This document shows positions 50,494-60,756 of a stretch of DNA of 64,000 nucleotides, piece after piece. The DNA comes from Coleofasciculus sp. B1-GNL1-01 (GTDB lineage Bacteria; Cyanobacteriota; Cyanobacteriia; Cyanobacteriales; Coleofasciculaceae). The notes beneath the pieces are model-generated. The model did not search any database. It was not told the origin of the DNA and saw nothing but the letters and a program-made list of their open reading frames with translations. How positions within the stretch are numbered: the first letter of the stretch is position 1; the number at the start of each line of letters is the position of its first letter. The position numbers and the translations under genes are program-made. Location of the stretch: assembly GCA_040220235.1 (NCBI GenBank), contig JAVJTO010000132.1; one strand, given 5' to 3'.

Positions 50494-51035
50494 GGGTAAA
50501 TCTCTGCTGTTTTCAAAGGTTGACCCGCTTGGTCTTTTGCCGATAATATTGGATCGGTGGTGAGTTGCCAGTCAATTGCCAAGTCGGGATCATTCCAGAG
50601 TAGGGTTCTTTCGTGTTGCGGGGCATAGTAATCCGTGGTTTTGTATAATACCTCGGCTACCTGTGACACCACGTAAAATCCATGGGCAAAACCTTCTGGT
50701 ACCCAAAGTTGGCGCTTATTTTCAGCACTCAAGAGACAGCTTACCCATTGTCCAAATGTCGGAGAACTTTTGCGGATATCGACGGCTACATCCAGTATTT
50801 CGCCAACAACCACTCGCACCAGCTTCCCCTGCGGTTGCTGGATCTGGTAGTGTAGTCCTCGTAGGACGTTCTGCCCGGAACGGGAATGACCATCCATGAC
50901 AAACTCAGCTGTTATGTTTGCTGTTTCCGCCAAAGCTTTGTGGTTGTAGCTTTCTAGGAAAAAACCACGGTCATCGGTAAAGACGCGGGGTTCTAAAATT
51001 AAAACTTCTGGAATTTGAGTGGGAATACTTTTCAT
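50490..51035 (-). CDS. rfbC: dTDP-4-dehydrorhamnose 3,5-epimerase
   Basis: DDRGFFLES, RGLHYQ, QGKLV, DVAVDIR, GFAHGF, LYKT, WNDP. Confidence 0.92.
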   Translation of the reverse strand: MKSIPTQIPEVLILEPRVFTDDRGFFLESYNHKALAETANITAEFVMDGHSRSGQNVLRGLHYQIQQPQGKLVRVVVGEILDVAVDIRKSSPTFGQWVSCLLSAENKRQLWVPEGFAHGFYVVSQVAEVLYKTTDYYAPQHERTLLWNDPDLAIDWQLTTDPILSAKDQAGQPLKTAEIYP

Positions 51036-51150
51036 TGAGGTACGATTAGACTCATGGCTGTCAGTCTAGCTAAAAGTCCCCAGGTTATTTTAGCTGAAGG
51101 CATGGTACTATCAAAATCATATATTTAATTGAATATAAATGTAAAAATTT

Positions 51151-52152
51151 ATGAAAGAATCAGTTTTTGTCCCCCTGAAAGAGGCGATTCCTCGCCAGTA
51201 CAAGTCCAAGTATAAGCGTCAATATGATCAGTTCAGACGTTTCGTGGCAGAACCCCTGATCAGGTTCAGGAGATTTTCTTTGAACTTTCGGGAACTTCCC
51301 CCTTTAGTTAACCCAATTTTTATGGTCGGTACAGCTAAGGGGGGAACGACTCTCTTAGCCAATTGTATGGGACATCACCCCAACATTTGCCATCCCACGT
51401 ATGCCCATTTTGAGCTTTCACCTGAGTGGTGTAAATTAGCCGATATTGATATTGCGGCTTTAGCGACGCATAAACAGAATTGTCCACCCCTGAGGGCGGA
51501 AGATGTGACAGACACTATCCGTCAAAATGTTAGAGAAGGCTTTGCTCGACTCATGGTAGAGGAAGGCGGGAGCAAAAATACTCGCTTTTTCAATAAGAGT
51601 CCTCATTTGTGGAATAAGCTGCCTTTTGTGCATAGCATTTTTCCGGATGCACATCTGCTTGTTTCCAGCCGAGATATTGTAAGTAGTGTCGCTAGCCTCA
51701 AGGAAACTTGGGCTAAACAACACAAGCTTACGGGAGTTAAATACTATTTTCCCATAGATGGCAAGCATTGTTGGAGTTCAATTTGGCCCAACTCCTCCGC
51801 TCAAATTGAACCCGAACGGACGTTTCCAGGTGGAGAAGTTTCTGTGTTAGCAGAATACTGGTTGCGCGTCTACACAACAATTGAGGAAAATGCGCCTCAA
51901 TTTGATGTAGTGTTTCCGGTGCATAGTCGGGATTTTGCTGAGAATCCGGGCTTGGTTGTGTCTCAAGTCCACAAGGCGCTGAATTTGCCTGATGTAGACT
52001 ATTCATTGCCGACAAGACTCAAACCGTCAAAAAATCAGCGCTGGCGTGAGATGTTAACGCAACAGGAACAAGAATCACTAAAAGCTTTTATCGAAGCCAA
52101 TTACAACCAGATAACGTCTTTGAAATATGCCGATACTACAGTAGCGCTATAG
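51151..52152 (+). CDS. Sulfotransferase family protein
   Basis: PIFMVGTAKGGTTLL, NKSP, FPDA, RDIVSSVAS. Confidence 0.75.
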   Translation: MKESVFVPLKEAIPRQYKSKYKRQYDQFRRFVAEPLIRFRRFSLNFRELPPLVNPIFMVGTAKGGTTLLANCMGHHPNICHPTYAHFELSPEWCKLADIDIAALATHKQNCPPLRAEDVTDTIRQNVREGFARLMVEEGGSKNTRFFNKSPHLWNKLPFVHSIFPDAHLLVSSRDIVSSVASLKETWAKQHKLTGVKYYFPIDGKHCWSSIWPNSSAQIEPERTFPGGEVSVLAEYWLRVYTTIEENAPQFDVVFPVHSRDFAENPGLVVSQVHKALNLPDVDYSLPTRLKPSKNQRWREMLTQQEQESLKAFIEANYNQITSLKYADTTVAL

Positions 52153-52278
52153 ATGTTTCATCCTCTAGTAAAAATGCGTACTAGACTAGATAGCTGGGAA
52201 AATATTGTCAATTAGCTCAAGTCGCTTAAACTTTATAATGATTCCTGAAGGTAATAAAAAATATTTGGAAATGAATCA

Positions 52279-52977
52279 ATGAAACCTTGGTTAAAAAATC
52301 TAGTTCAATCAATAGCGCCTGTATTTGATATTATGATAATCCGAAGTCATGAGCGCTTATTCCAAAATCCTCTGCCTTGGTATACAAAAAGCTCTATTAG
52401 GTGGCTAGACGAACATATAAATACAGAAATGACCATACTTGAATATGGTGGTGGCGTTTCCTCTCTTTGGTGGTGTCAAAAAGCCAAGAAAGTTTATACT
52501 TTTGAGGCAAGTTTTAAATGGGCTATCATTCTCCTCTATCACTTTTCCCGACATCCAGAGTTACTAAAAAAATGGAGATTGCATTTTTCTCCTTGTGAGT
52601 GGAAGCCAACGATAGATACTCCTAAAGATTACTGGAAAGCTCATCGAGGCTTGCTGACTGATGCAGAGATTGAAAGTATGGAGGAAGATTATTTACTCGA
52701 TCTGCCAGACAAGTTCGATGTAATAATTATAGATGGCGCAATTAGACTAAAAGCCTTAGAAAAAACCCAATCTATTATAGAGAAGCAAAAAGTTCAATAT
52801 ATTGTAATTGACAATACAAATAATAAGGCTTTATCTAGAGAAGCAGATGCCACAATTCCTAAAAATTTTAAGAGGTTAGACTTTCCTGCTAATGACGAAG
52901 ATAATGTATCCAGTCCTAGTGGAGAGTGGATTACGTCTGTTTGGATTAATCAAGCAAATATGGTAGAATCAATCTAA
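52279..52977 (+). CDS. Putative SAM-dependent methyltransferase
   Basis: PLPWYT, ILEYGGGVSSLWW, FDVIIIDG, IVIDN. Confidence 0.6.
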   Translation: MKPWLKNLVQSIAPVFDIMIIRSHERLFQNPLPWYTKSSIRWLDEHINTEMTILEYGGGVSSLWWCQKAKKVYTFEASFKWAIILLYHFSRHPELLKKWRLHFSPCEWKPTIDTPKDYWKAHRGLLTDAEIESMEEDYLLDLPDKFDVIIIDGAIRLKALEKTQSIIEKQKVQYIVIDNTNNKALSREADATIPKNFKRLDFPANDEDNVSSPSGEWITSVWINQANMVESI

Positions 52978-53038
52978 ATTATTCGTTTTCATCTTCAGTA
53001 ATCCCAATACCTCTATTCTGAGTCGTTTTAATAATAGT

Positions 53039-53725
53039 ATGAAAAAAATTATAAAAAAAGCTTTCACCAGACTAGGCTACGATATAAGACGGATAAAACC
53101 TGAATATTCTGGATGGAATGCTTCAAATCTCAGAAACTTTGCAACTGATATAAAGACATGTGTAGATATTGGAGCAGGTTATGGCACAAAAGAGCTGTAT
53201 AAGGCATTCCCCGATGCGTTTCATGTCTTAATTGATCCTCTAGAAGAATACAAGCCCTCCTTAGCAAACATTCTCAAAGAATATAAAGGACAATATTTGA
53301 TCACGGCAATAGGTTCTCAAGATACTACTCTTACACTATCAATCGAACAAAATTCTTTAACAAGAAGCAGTTTCAATAAAAGGACTGAGTTGACATCAAC
53401 AGGAAAAGAAATTCTCAGAACGAGAGAAGTACCGATTACAACACTAGACACTTTATTGGAAGAGTATAAATTTCAGCCTCCTTTCGGCTTAAAAATAGAT
53501 ACTGAAGGGTTTGAGTTAGAAGTTATACGAGGAGCATCACATTTTCTTCAGAATACAGAATTTGTTATTGCAGAAGTATCATACAACAAGCGTTTTGAAG
53601 AAAGCTATCGCTTTCCGGAGTTTGCTGAAAAGATGAGACAGGCGGGTTTCTATTTATGCGACATACTTAAGGTTGTCGGTAAACCAACATTGTTTCTAGA
53701 TTGTATGTTCAAAAAATTCAGATAA
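53039..53725 (+). CDS. FkbM-family methyltransferase
   Basis: VDIGAGYG, TLDTL, LKIDTEGFELEVIRGA. Confidence 0.88.
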   Translation: MKKIIKKAFTRLGYDIRRIKPEYSGWNASNLRNFATDIKTCVDIGAGYGTKELYKAFPDAFHVLIDPLEEYKPSLANILKEYKGQYLITAIGSQDTTLTLSIEQNSLTRSSFNKRTELTSTGKEILRTREVPITTLDTLLEEYKFQPPFGLKIDTEGFELEVIRGASHFLQNTEFVIAEVSYNKRFEESYRFPEFAEKMRQAGFYLCDILKVVGKPTLFLDCMFKKFR

Positions 53726-53747
53726 TTTATTCGCTAAAAAACCAAAA

Positions 53748-54668
53748 TTAGCAATCATAACCAAAATCAGCTAAGTTTATTCCAATCAAACGGCTAGTCC
53801 GTTGATTACTCAGATGGAAGTAATTTCCAACACGCTGCTCAATATATTGCTTCCACCGATTTTCTATTCGTTCATGAAAGCTAGATGGTATCATTTTATC
53901 GGCTGCTGCTGACAATTTCCCCGTAACCTGTATTCCCATCCTGTTATAGAGAGGAAACAATATATTTAATCGACGTTTTATAATTAACGAACCTCCTCTG
54001 TAACCACTATTTTTAGCAACTTTGTCTTTAGGTAAACTTCCATTAGATCCACTAAAGTCTAGGATGGCTTGAGCAAATTTTTTTGAATCTTTTTTTAATA
54101 ATTCAAAAGGTAAAACTAATACATTTTCTTTGCTAAAAACATTCTGATAATATTCAATTAATAAATCATATTTTACAAAATCTAATTTAAAAGTTGGTCT
54201 CTTCAAATTATCGGCTGTTTCATGACCCTTTTGTATAGAACCCAAAAATTCCTCTATAGTTAGAGTCCTACCCAACTTAATACACTGTCCATACGCTGAC
54301 AACAAAATTGATTTCTGTTCGCGTACTATTATGATAATTTTTGCTTCGGGAAAGGTCGAATAAAGTCTATCTGCAACTTCCTGCTTCCAGCCTATATTCG
54401 CTAAGTTACCGCTTAAATGCTCGTTAGATAATACGGGTACTAGATTGTTCTGATTAGCTGCTTGTAAACCAATATTATAAACTCGACGTACTTCATCAGC
54501 ATTAAATGAAGAATTATCCGAATTGACAAATTGCTTCTTAACTTCTTTAGATTTAGCACCCCAAGCAGCTAAAAATCCTGTTTGCTCATCAGCAAACATA
54601 ACCTGCTGTAGCCATGATGAGGCACATTTCGGGTAGCCAATATGTATCACTATGCGTTGATTAGACAT
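53748..54668 (-). CDS. Sulfotransferase family protein
   Basis: IHIGYPKCASSWLQ, LSNEHL, KIIIIVREQ...SAY. Confidence 0.75.
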   Translation of the reverse strand: MSNQRIVIHIGYPKCASSWLQQVMFADEQTGFLAAWGAKSKEVKKQFVNSDNSSFNADEVRRVYNIGLQAANQNNLVPVLSNEHLSGNLANIGWKQEVADRLYSTFPEAKIIIIVREQKSILLSAYGQCIKLGRTLTIEEFLGSIQKGHETADNLKRPTFKLDFVKYDLLIEYYQNVFSKENVLVLPFELLKKDSKKFAQAILDFSGSNGSLPKDKVAKNSGYRGGSLIIKRRLNILFPLYNRMGIQVTGKLSAAADKMIPSSFHERIENRWKQYIEQRVGNYFHLSNQRTSRLIGINLADFGYDC

Positions 54669-54670
54669 AC

Positions 54671-54773
54671 TATAGCAATCCTAAATAGGATGCAACAAGC
54701 GAAATGCTCGAAACTCAGGTATAGCAAGGGTTTCAATTTTGAAAATTGCCACGACCTAAATAGGATTGCTATA
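54671..54773. mobile_element. ~100-bp MITE with TA duplication
   Basis: TATAGCAATCCTA ... TAGGATTGCTATA perfect 13-bp inverted ends including TA. Confidence 0.8.
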
Positions 54774-55955
54774 AATATTTCTACCGTTGATATTTGCTAC
54801 TGCTTTTTCAACTAACTCTTTCAATTGGTTGACATTAACATACTGTCCTATCCCATCTTTTTTACAGACCAGAAAACCATATTTTACATTTTTAATTCCA
54901 GCTAATCGATAGAAAGTAGGAGAAAACCGACCTTCTTGGAATAACTCAATTAAAATCGATTGGGCAGGTGTAAACGCTATATTGCTGAAGCCAGCTCCGT
55001 GACTCCCAATTACAAATTCTGCCTCTTGAAATATTTTAACCTGCTCTTCTAAAGAATGATCCCTGAGACACACCGTTTCAAAACCAAACTCTGACAACAT
55101 CTGCTCCACTTCTGGCTCATTCGTGATAGAGCGACGTAAAGCATCGCGGCGAGACACATAAATTCGCCTTTTATTGTTAATTTGATTATTCGTTACCAGT
55201 TTTTTGCTTAACCATTCAATCGCTAGAGGTGAAGGCTGTTTGATCAGAGAAAGCAAACTAGGTATGTACAGGTGATCAAAGTGATAAACTCCGTCGTCAA
55301 GAAAAAGAGTTCTGTCTAAAAAACCTGTTAATTTTATACTTTCATATACAAATTTCGGAGTTCTGTTTTTAGGCATAATTATCGGAATATCTTTAAACTT
55401 TTCATCACCTTCTATCATCTGCAATCGTGGTAACATTTCCACCATCCAATGATAGTAATTATTGTGGTAAGGCATTGCCAAAAGGATACCACTTTTCAGG
55501 TTTTGCTTTTTAGCAAATGGAATGCTTGCCAAAGCTAACAAGTATCTCGGCTCAGTCAAGGGTTTCAAAGATTCTCTTAGGCCTTCTATGAAGACTTTAT
55601 CTTTCCATTTATGAATAGGGTGAGGGAATGATGCATAGACATCTGAAGCCAATATAATTCCTGATTGATATTTTGCTTCTTGATTGGGAGGCTGAAAACT
55701 TCTTGAAAAATCTCGATTGATCTCGTCGTCTATATAAAATAAGGGTGGATTAATTTCCGGATATGTGTATTCATAAAAAAAACTGAAGCCATGAAAATCT
55801 GGAAGTTCAGGAAGTAAAGATGCTCGACAAACTTTCGCAAATATCTGATTTCTAGTTATTACGGGTCTAAGAATTGTTTGTGCAAAGTTGTTGATTTTGG
55901 ATTTAATTATTTTCCTTTGAGAAAATATGGGAAACGAATTAGCATTTCGATTCAT
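54756..55955 (-). CDS. GT61 / DUF563 glycosyltransferase
   Basis: NYYHWMVEMLPRL, RRIYVSR, SLEEQV.IF, GSHGAGFSN, IELF. Confidence 0.85.
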   Translation of the reverse strand: MNRNANSFPIFSQRKIIKSKINNFAQTILRPVITRNQIFAKVCRASLLPELPDFHGFSFFYEYTYPEINPPLFYIDDEINRDFSRSFQPPNQEAKYQSGIILASDVYASFPHPIHKWKDKVFIEGLRESLKPLTEPRYLLALASIPFAKKQNLKSGILLAMPYHNNYYHWMVEMLPRLQMIEGDEKFKDIPIIMPKNRTPKFVYESIKLTGFLDRTLFLDDGVYHFDHLYIPSLLSLIKQPSPLAIEWLSKKLVTNNQINNKRRIYVSRRDALRRSITNEPEVEQMLSEFGFETVCLRDHSLEEQVKIFQEAEFVIGSHGAGFSNIAFTPAQSILIELFQEGRFSPTFYRLAGIKNVKYGFLVCKKDGIGQYVNVNQLKELVEKAVANINGRNIYSNPI

Positions 55956-56178
55956 ATTTTTTATCTGAATTGATAGTTATGACTAGAATTGGATAAACGA
56001 CTATTGAGCCTACTAGAGAAGAGTATATATAATAATTAGCAAATGACGAGGACACTTTTGATTTAAACAAACAGTATTTTTGGAGTAGTCACCATCGGCA
56101 AAAATAAAGGAAAACGACTGATTCGCTGTCTCAAGGGCGCGATCGCACTCCTTCCTTACAGTATAGTAGCCTAGGTTC

Positions 56179-56976
56179 ATGATTGAATCAACAGATATGA
56201 CCCCCATTGGAGTAGTCACTATTGGCAGAAATGAAGGGGAACGACTAATTCGCTGCCTCAAATCCGCGATCGCGCTCCTTCCCCAAGATACACCCATTAT
56301 ATACGTGGACTCCGGTTCCACGGATGGGAGTGTGGAAGCGGCGGAATCTCTGGGTGTTCAGGTGATCAACTTGGATATGTCCCTACCGTTTACCATGGCG
56401 CGGGGACGTAACACAGGCTTTAGGTATCTAGTCGAACAGTTCCCCGATATCAAATACGTCCAGTTTATCGATGGCGACTGCGAACTCATCCCCGGCTGGA
56501 TTGAACAAGCCAGGGAAACCCTAGATTATGATGATAAATTAGCGATCGCCTGTGGACGACGGCGGGAACGATTCCCGGATGCCTCCATCTATAACCGCCT
56601 CGCGGATATGGAATGGAACACCCCTGTGGGTGAAGCTAAAGCCTGTGGTGGGGATGCCTTAATCCGCGTTAGCGCCATTCGAGAAGTAAACGGCTACAAC
56701 GAAACCCTCATTGGTGGGGAAGAACCGGAAATGTGTATCAGCCTGCGTCAACGGGGCTGGAAAATTGTCCGTATTGATGCCGATATGACCTATCATGATG
56801 CCGCCATGCTCAAGTTTAGTCAATGGTGGAAACGCTCAATCCGGGGCGGTTGGGCAATGGCAGAAGGTGCGGCGATGCACGGTGATCCCCCTGAACGGTA
56901 TATGATTCGAGAAAGTTTCAGCTGTTTGGGATCGCAAAAACTCCCCGTTATAACCCAGTCCGCGCAGGCGGACTAG
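56179..56976 (+). pseudogene. GT2 paralog of 37472-38494, C-terminally truncated
   Basis: Aligns with paralog up to HG.PPERYMIRES (~56918), then lacks the ~80-aa TM tail and ends inside a repeat. Confidence 0.6.
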
Positions 56977-57092
56977 GTTGGTGTAGCAGCGATTTCAATC
57001 GCCTCCTCTTGCTGCGATCGCGTCCGCCCCTACAATTGATTTATGAGTTCTTGTGGCTGCTAACTAGGCTTTAGGCATTGAGGAGATCATTA

Positions 57093-58217
57093 ATGCGAAT
57101 CGCGATTGTGGGATGTGGCTTTGTCGCCGATTATTATATGAAAACCCTTCCCGGTCATCCTGAATTGGAACTGGTGGGGGTGATGGATCGGGATCAAGAT
57201 CGGGCTTCCCGATTTTCAGCTTACCATTCCGTGCCGACCTATCCTACTCTTGATGAACTGCTTGAGGATGGTAATGTTGAGTTGGTGGTTAATCTCACCA
57301 ACCCCAGCAGCCACTTTGCCGTATCAAAAGCTTGTTTAGAGGCGGGGAAGCATGTCTATTCAGAAAAGCCTCTGGCAATGGAATTGTCGCAAGCCGAGGA
57401 ACTGGTAGACTTAGCCGAGAAACGAGGTTTGTATATCTCCTCCGCACCCTGTAACCTCCTGGGAGAAACCGCCCAAACGATTTGGAAAGCCCTGCGAGAA
57501 AAGGCGATCGGACGGGTACGATTAGTGTATGCGGAAATCGACGATGGACTGGTTCACAAAATGCCCTACAAAAAATGGTCGAGTGAATCGGGTATCCCTT
57601 GGCCCTATAAAGATGAGTTTGAGGTGGGTTGTACGTTAGAACATGCAGGTTATTATGTCACCTGGTTAGTCGCCTTTTTTGGTCCGGCGCAAACCGTTAC
57701 AGCGTTCTCATCTTGCTTAATCCCGGATAAAGAAACAGATGTCCCCTTAGCGGAGGAAGCACCGGATTTTTCCGTGGCTTGTATCAAGTTTGCCTCAGGG
57801 GTGGTTGCTCGGTTAACCTGTGGTATTGTTGCCCCTCATGACCATACTTTGGAGATAGTCGGGGATGAAGGAATACTGTGTACCAAGGATTGTTGGTATT
57901 ATCGGTCTCCCGTTTATATTAAACGGCGCATCAGAATTAGGCGGAAAATGTTCATCAGCCCTTGGAAGCGAAAGTATCCCCTTGTCGGGAAAGCCACTCG
58001 ATATCGCTATCGGGGTTCCCAGCAAATGGACTTTTGTCGCGGTGTGGCTGAACTCGCTGCTGCTATCAGAGAAAAACGTCCCTGTCGCCTATCGGCTCAA
58101 TTTTCGCTGCATGTGAATGAAATTGTCTTGGCGATTCATAATGCTCTAGATACAGGTTCTGCTTATACGATTTCATCTTCCTTTACACCGATTGCGCCAA
58201 TGCTTTGGGCGAAATAA
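57093..58217 (+). CDS. Gfo/Idh/MocA oxidoreductase
   Basis: IAIVGCG, H..VSKACLEAGKHVYSEKPLA; AGGAG RBS. Confidence 0.88.
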   Translation: MRIAIVGCGFVADYYMKTLPGHPELELVGVMDRDQDRASRFSAYHSVPTYPTLDELLEDGNVELVVNLTNPSSHFAVSKACLEAGKHVYSEKPLAMELSQAEELVDLAEKRGLYISSAPCNLLGETAQTIWKALREKAIGRVRLVYAEIDDGLVHKMPYKKWSSESGIPWPYKDEFEVGCTLEHAGYYVTWLVAFFGPAQTVTAFSSCLIPDKETDVPLAEEAPDFSVACIKFASGVVARLTCGIVAPHDHTLEIVGDEGILCTKDCWYYRSPVYIKRRIRIRRKMFISPWKRKYPLVGKATRYRYRGSQQMDFCRGVAELAAAIREKRPCRLSAQFSLHVNEIVLAIHNALDTGSAYTISSSFTPIAPMLWAK

Positions 58218-58444
58218 ACGGCAATGCATCAGCAGATAAGTTTTGAGGGGGAGAGTGGAAGATTGTGTAGGGGCGGGTTTCACGACTACCTTTTCGATTG
58301 GACAACAGATGTGACTAAACCCGCCCTGGTTTAATTGGATTAAGCTAGTGAACGATTCCAGTGGAAAATTAAGGCTAAAGCCCTGACTACGAACTAGGTA
58401 AGGCTAAAGCCCCTACTACGAACGGAACGAACCAACAGCAACCT

Positions 58445-59491
58445 ATGAAGTTACTTGTCACCGGTGCATCCGGTTTTCTGGGACAATATGTTGTGGCACA
58501 AGCCTTACGACAGGGACATCACGTCCGTGCCTTGGTGCGACCTAGCAGCGTCCAAAACCCTCTACCTTGGTCGAATCACCCAGCCCTAGAGTTAGTTGGT
58601 GTCGATTTACGCCAAAAGCAGGGACTCGTTGAAGTCTTAGACACGATAGATGCAGTTATTCATCTGGCGGCGGTGAAGGCTGGGGATTTCCAGAGTCAGT
58701 TGGAGGGAACGGTATCAACGACTGAGAACTTACTCGAAGCCATGGTGAAGGCGAATCGGCGGCGTCTGATTGGGATTAGTACGTTCTCAGTTTTCGACTA
58801 CCTGCATATCCATTCCGGTGACATAATTAATGAAGAGTCTCCCATTGAGTCGAATCCATCCCAGCGAGATGGTTATGCTCAGACAAAGTTGATTCAAGAA
58901 CAACTGTACCGCGATTTTGCCCAGAACCAGGGTGGACAGGTTACCATTCTCCGTCCCGGTATGGTTTACGGACGAGATAATCTCTGGAATGCCCATCTCG
59001 GCGCTCAACTGGGCGACAACCTCTGGCTTCGGATTGGTAATCATGCCACAATACCCTTGACGTATGTGGAAAACTGTGCTGAAGCGATTGTTGCGGCTGC
59101 CCAGTCGGATCAGGTCATCGGTGAAACGATTAATATTGTGGATGATGATTTACCCAGCCAGCAAACTTATGCCCATCAGTTAATGAAACGTATGGACTCT
59201 CCGCCCCGAACCATCCCGATAAACTGGACTGTGATGCAGCTAGTTGCCAACATGACTTGGGCGATTAACAGCTATCTTCTCAACGGAAAAGCCAAACTCC
59301 CAGGTATCTTAGTTCCCGCCAAACTCCAAGCTCGGTTTAAGCCGTTACGCTATAGTAATACTCGTGCCAAACGCCAGTTAAACTGGACACCGAGATACTC
59401 CCTAGATACCGCCCTTGACCGCAGTTGTAGCCCAATGGAATTAAGAACTGTGCCGCATCAGACGCCTCCAGTAATTGAGGAGTTAAATTGA
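58445..59491 (+). CDS. NAD-dependent epimerase/dehydratase
   Basis: TGASGFLG, IHLAA, YAQTK, LRPGMVYG. Confidence 0.85.
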   Translation: MKLLVTGASGFLGQYVVAQALRQGHHVRALVRPSSVQNPLPWSNHPALELVGVDLRQKQGLVEVLDTIDAVIHLAAVKAGDFQSQLEGTVSTTENLLEAMVKANRRRLIGISTFSVFDYLHIHSGDIINEESPIESNPSQRDGYAQTKLIQEQLYRDFAQNQGGQVTILRPGMVYGRDNLWNAHLGAQLGDNLWLRIGNHATIPLTYVENCAEAIVAAAQSDQVIGETINIVDDDLPSQQTYAHQLMKRMDSPPRTIPINWTVMQLVANMTWAINSYLLNGKAKLPGILVPAKLQARFKPLRYSNTRAKRQLNWTPRYSLDTALDRSCSPMELRTVPHQTPPVIEELN

Positions 59492-60726
59492 TGCGAATTG
59501 CTTATTTAACGGGAATGTATCCTAGAGCAACGGATACATTTATTCAACGTGAAGTCGCTGGCTTGCGGCAAAAGGGTTTAGAGGTCTACACCTTCTCGGT
59601 TCGCCGCCCTGGTGATGAACATATCGTTGGTCTAGAACAAAAGACTGAACGGGAACAAACGTTCTATATTCTACCGCCTAATCCGATCACATTGGTGTTG
59701 TCGCACTTAATTCTCCTATTTACCTCACCGGGACGTTATTGGAAAGCCCTAGCCTTGGCATGGTCTACCAACCAACCTGGGTTGCGAGGTACACTTTATC
59801 AGTTATTTTACTTTGCTGAAGCCGGTATTCTGGCGCAACAGATTGGGACCCAACAAATTCAACACCTGCATAACCACATCGCTGATTCCTGCTGCACTGT
59901 AGCCATGCTAGCGGCGGAACTCGGGGGCTTTCCCTTCAGCTTCACGATGCATGGTCCCTACATCTTTTTTGAACCCTACCGTTGGCGGATTGATGAGAAA
60001 ATCAAGCGATCGCTCTTTGTGATCTGTATCAGTCATTTCTGTCGCAGTCAAGGGATGCTGTTTGCCCCTACCGACACCTGGAATCGCCTGCACATTGTCC
60101 ACTGTGGGGTTGATCCCGCTTTATTTAACCTAGTTTCCCATAACCAACCCGGTAAACAACTGTTGTATGTGGGGCGACTCGCCGCCGCTAAGGGATTACC
60201 TGTCTTACTCGAAAGTCTGGCGATGTTAAAATCTTCCCACCCAGAGATTATCTTAACCGTTGTCGGTGATGGTGAAGACCGGGCGGAACTGGAACAAATG
60301 ACAGCAAGGCTAGAATTGAATAATAATGTAAAATTTGTGGGTTATAAGTCTCAAGCGGAAGTCAGGGAATATATGCAGGAAACAGACGTATTCGTCCTTC
60401 CCAGCTTCGCCGAAGGTGTCCCCGTTTCCCTGATGGAAGCTATGGCGGCGGGTGTTCCTGTCGTCACCACCCAAATTGCGGGGGTGAGTGAGTTGGTGGA
60501 GAATGGAGTGAGTGGTTATATTGTACCCGCAGGAGATTCTACCACCTTAGCTGACCGAATTAAAACACTATTAACTGAGCCTCAGCTACGCAGCCAATTC
60601 GGCACCGCAGGTAGAGAAAAGATCGAAAAAGAATTTAACCTAAATCATGAAGTCGCCCGTTTCTATCGGGTGATGGCTGCTGCGCTCGATGGTAAGATAG
60701 AGTCTATTCGTCCAGAGGGTTTTTGA
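59491..60726 (+). CDS. GT4 glycosyltransferase (WcaL-like)
   Basis: YP..TDTFIQRE, HLHNH, VGRL...KG, PSFAEGVPVSLMEAMA. Confidence 0.9.
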   Translation: MRIAYLTGMYPRATDTFIQREVAGLRQKGLEVYTFSVRRPGDEHIVGLEQKTEREQTFYILPPNPITLVLSHLILLFTSPGRYWKALALAWSTNQPGLRGTLYQLFYFAEAGILAQQIGTQQIQHLHNHIADSCCTVAMLAAELGGFPFSFTMHGPYIFFEPYRWRIDEKIKRSLFVICISHFCRSQGMLFAPTDTWNRLHIVHCGVDPALFNLVSHNQPGKQLLYVGRLAAAKGLPVLLESLAMLKSSHPEIILTVVGDGEDRAELEQMTARLELNNNVKFVGYKSQAEVREYMQETDVFVLPSFAEGVPVSLMEAMAAGVPVVTTQIAGVSELVENGVSGYIVPAGDSTTLADRIKTLLTEPQLRSQFGTAGREKIEKEFNLNHEVARFYRVMAAALDGKIESIRPEGF

Positions 60727-60756
60727 AGGTTGAGCTGGTGGGTGATAGATTATTGA

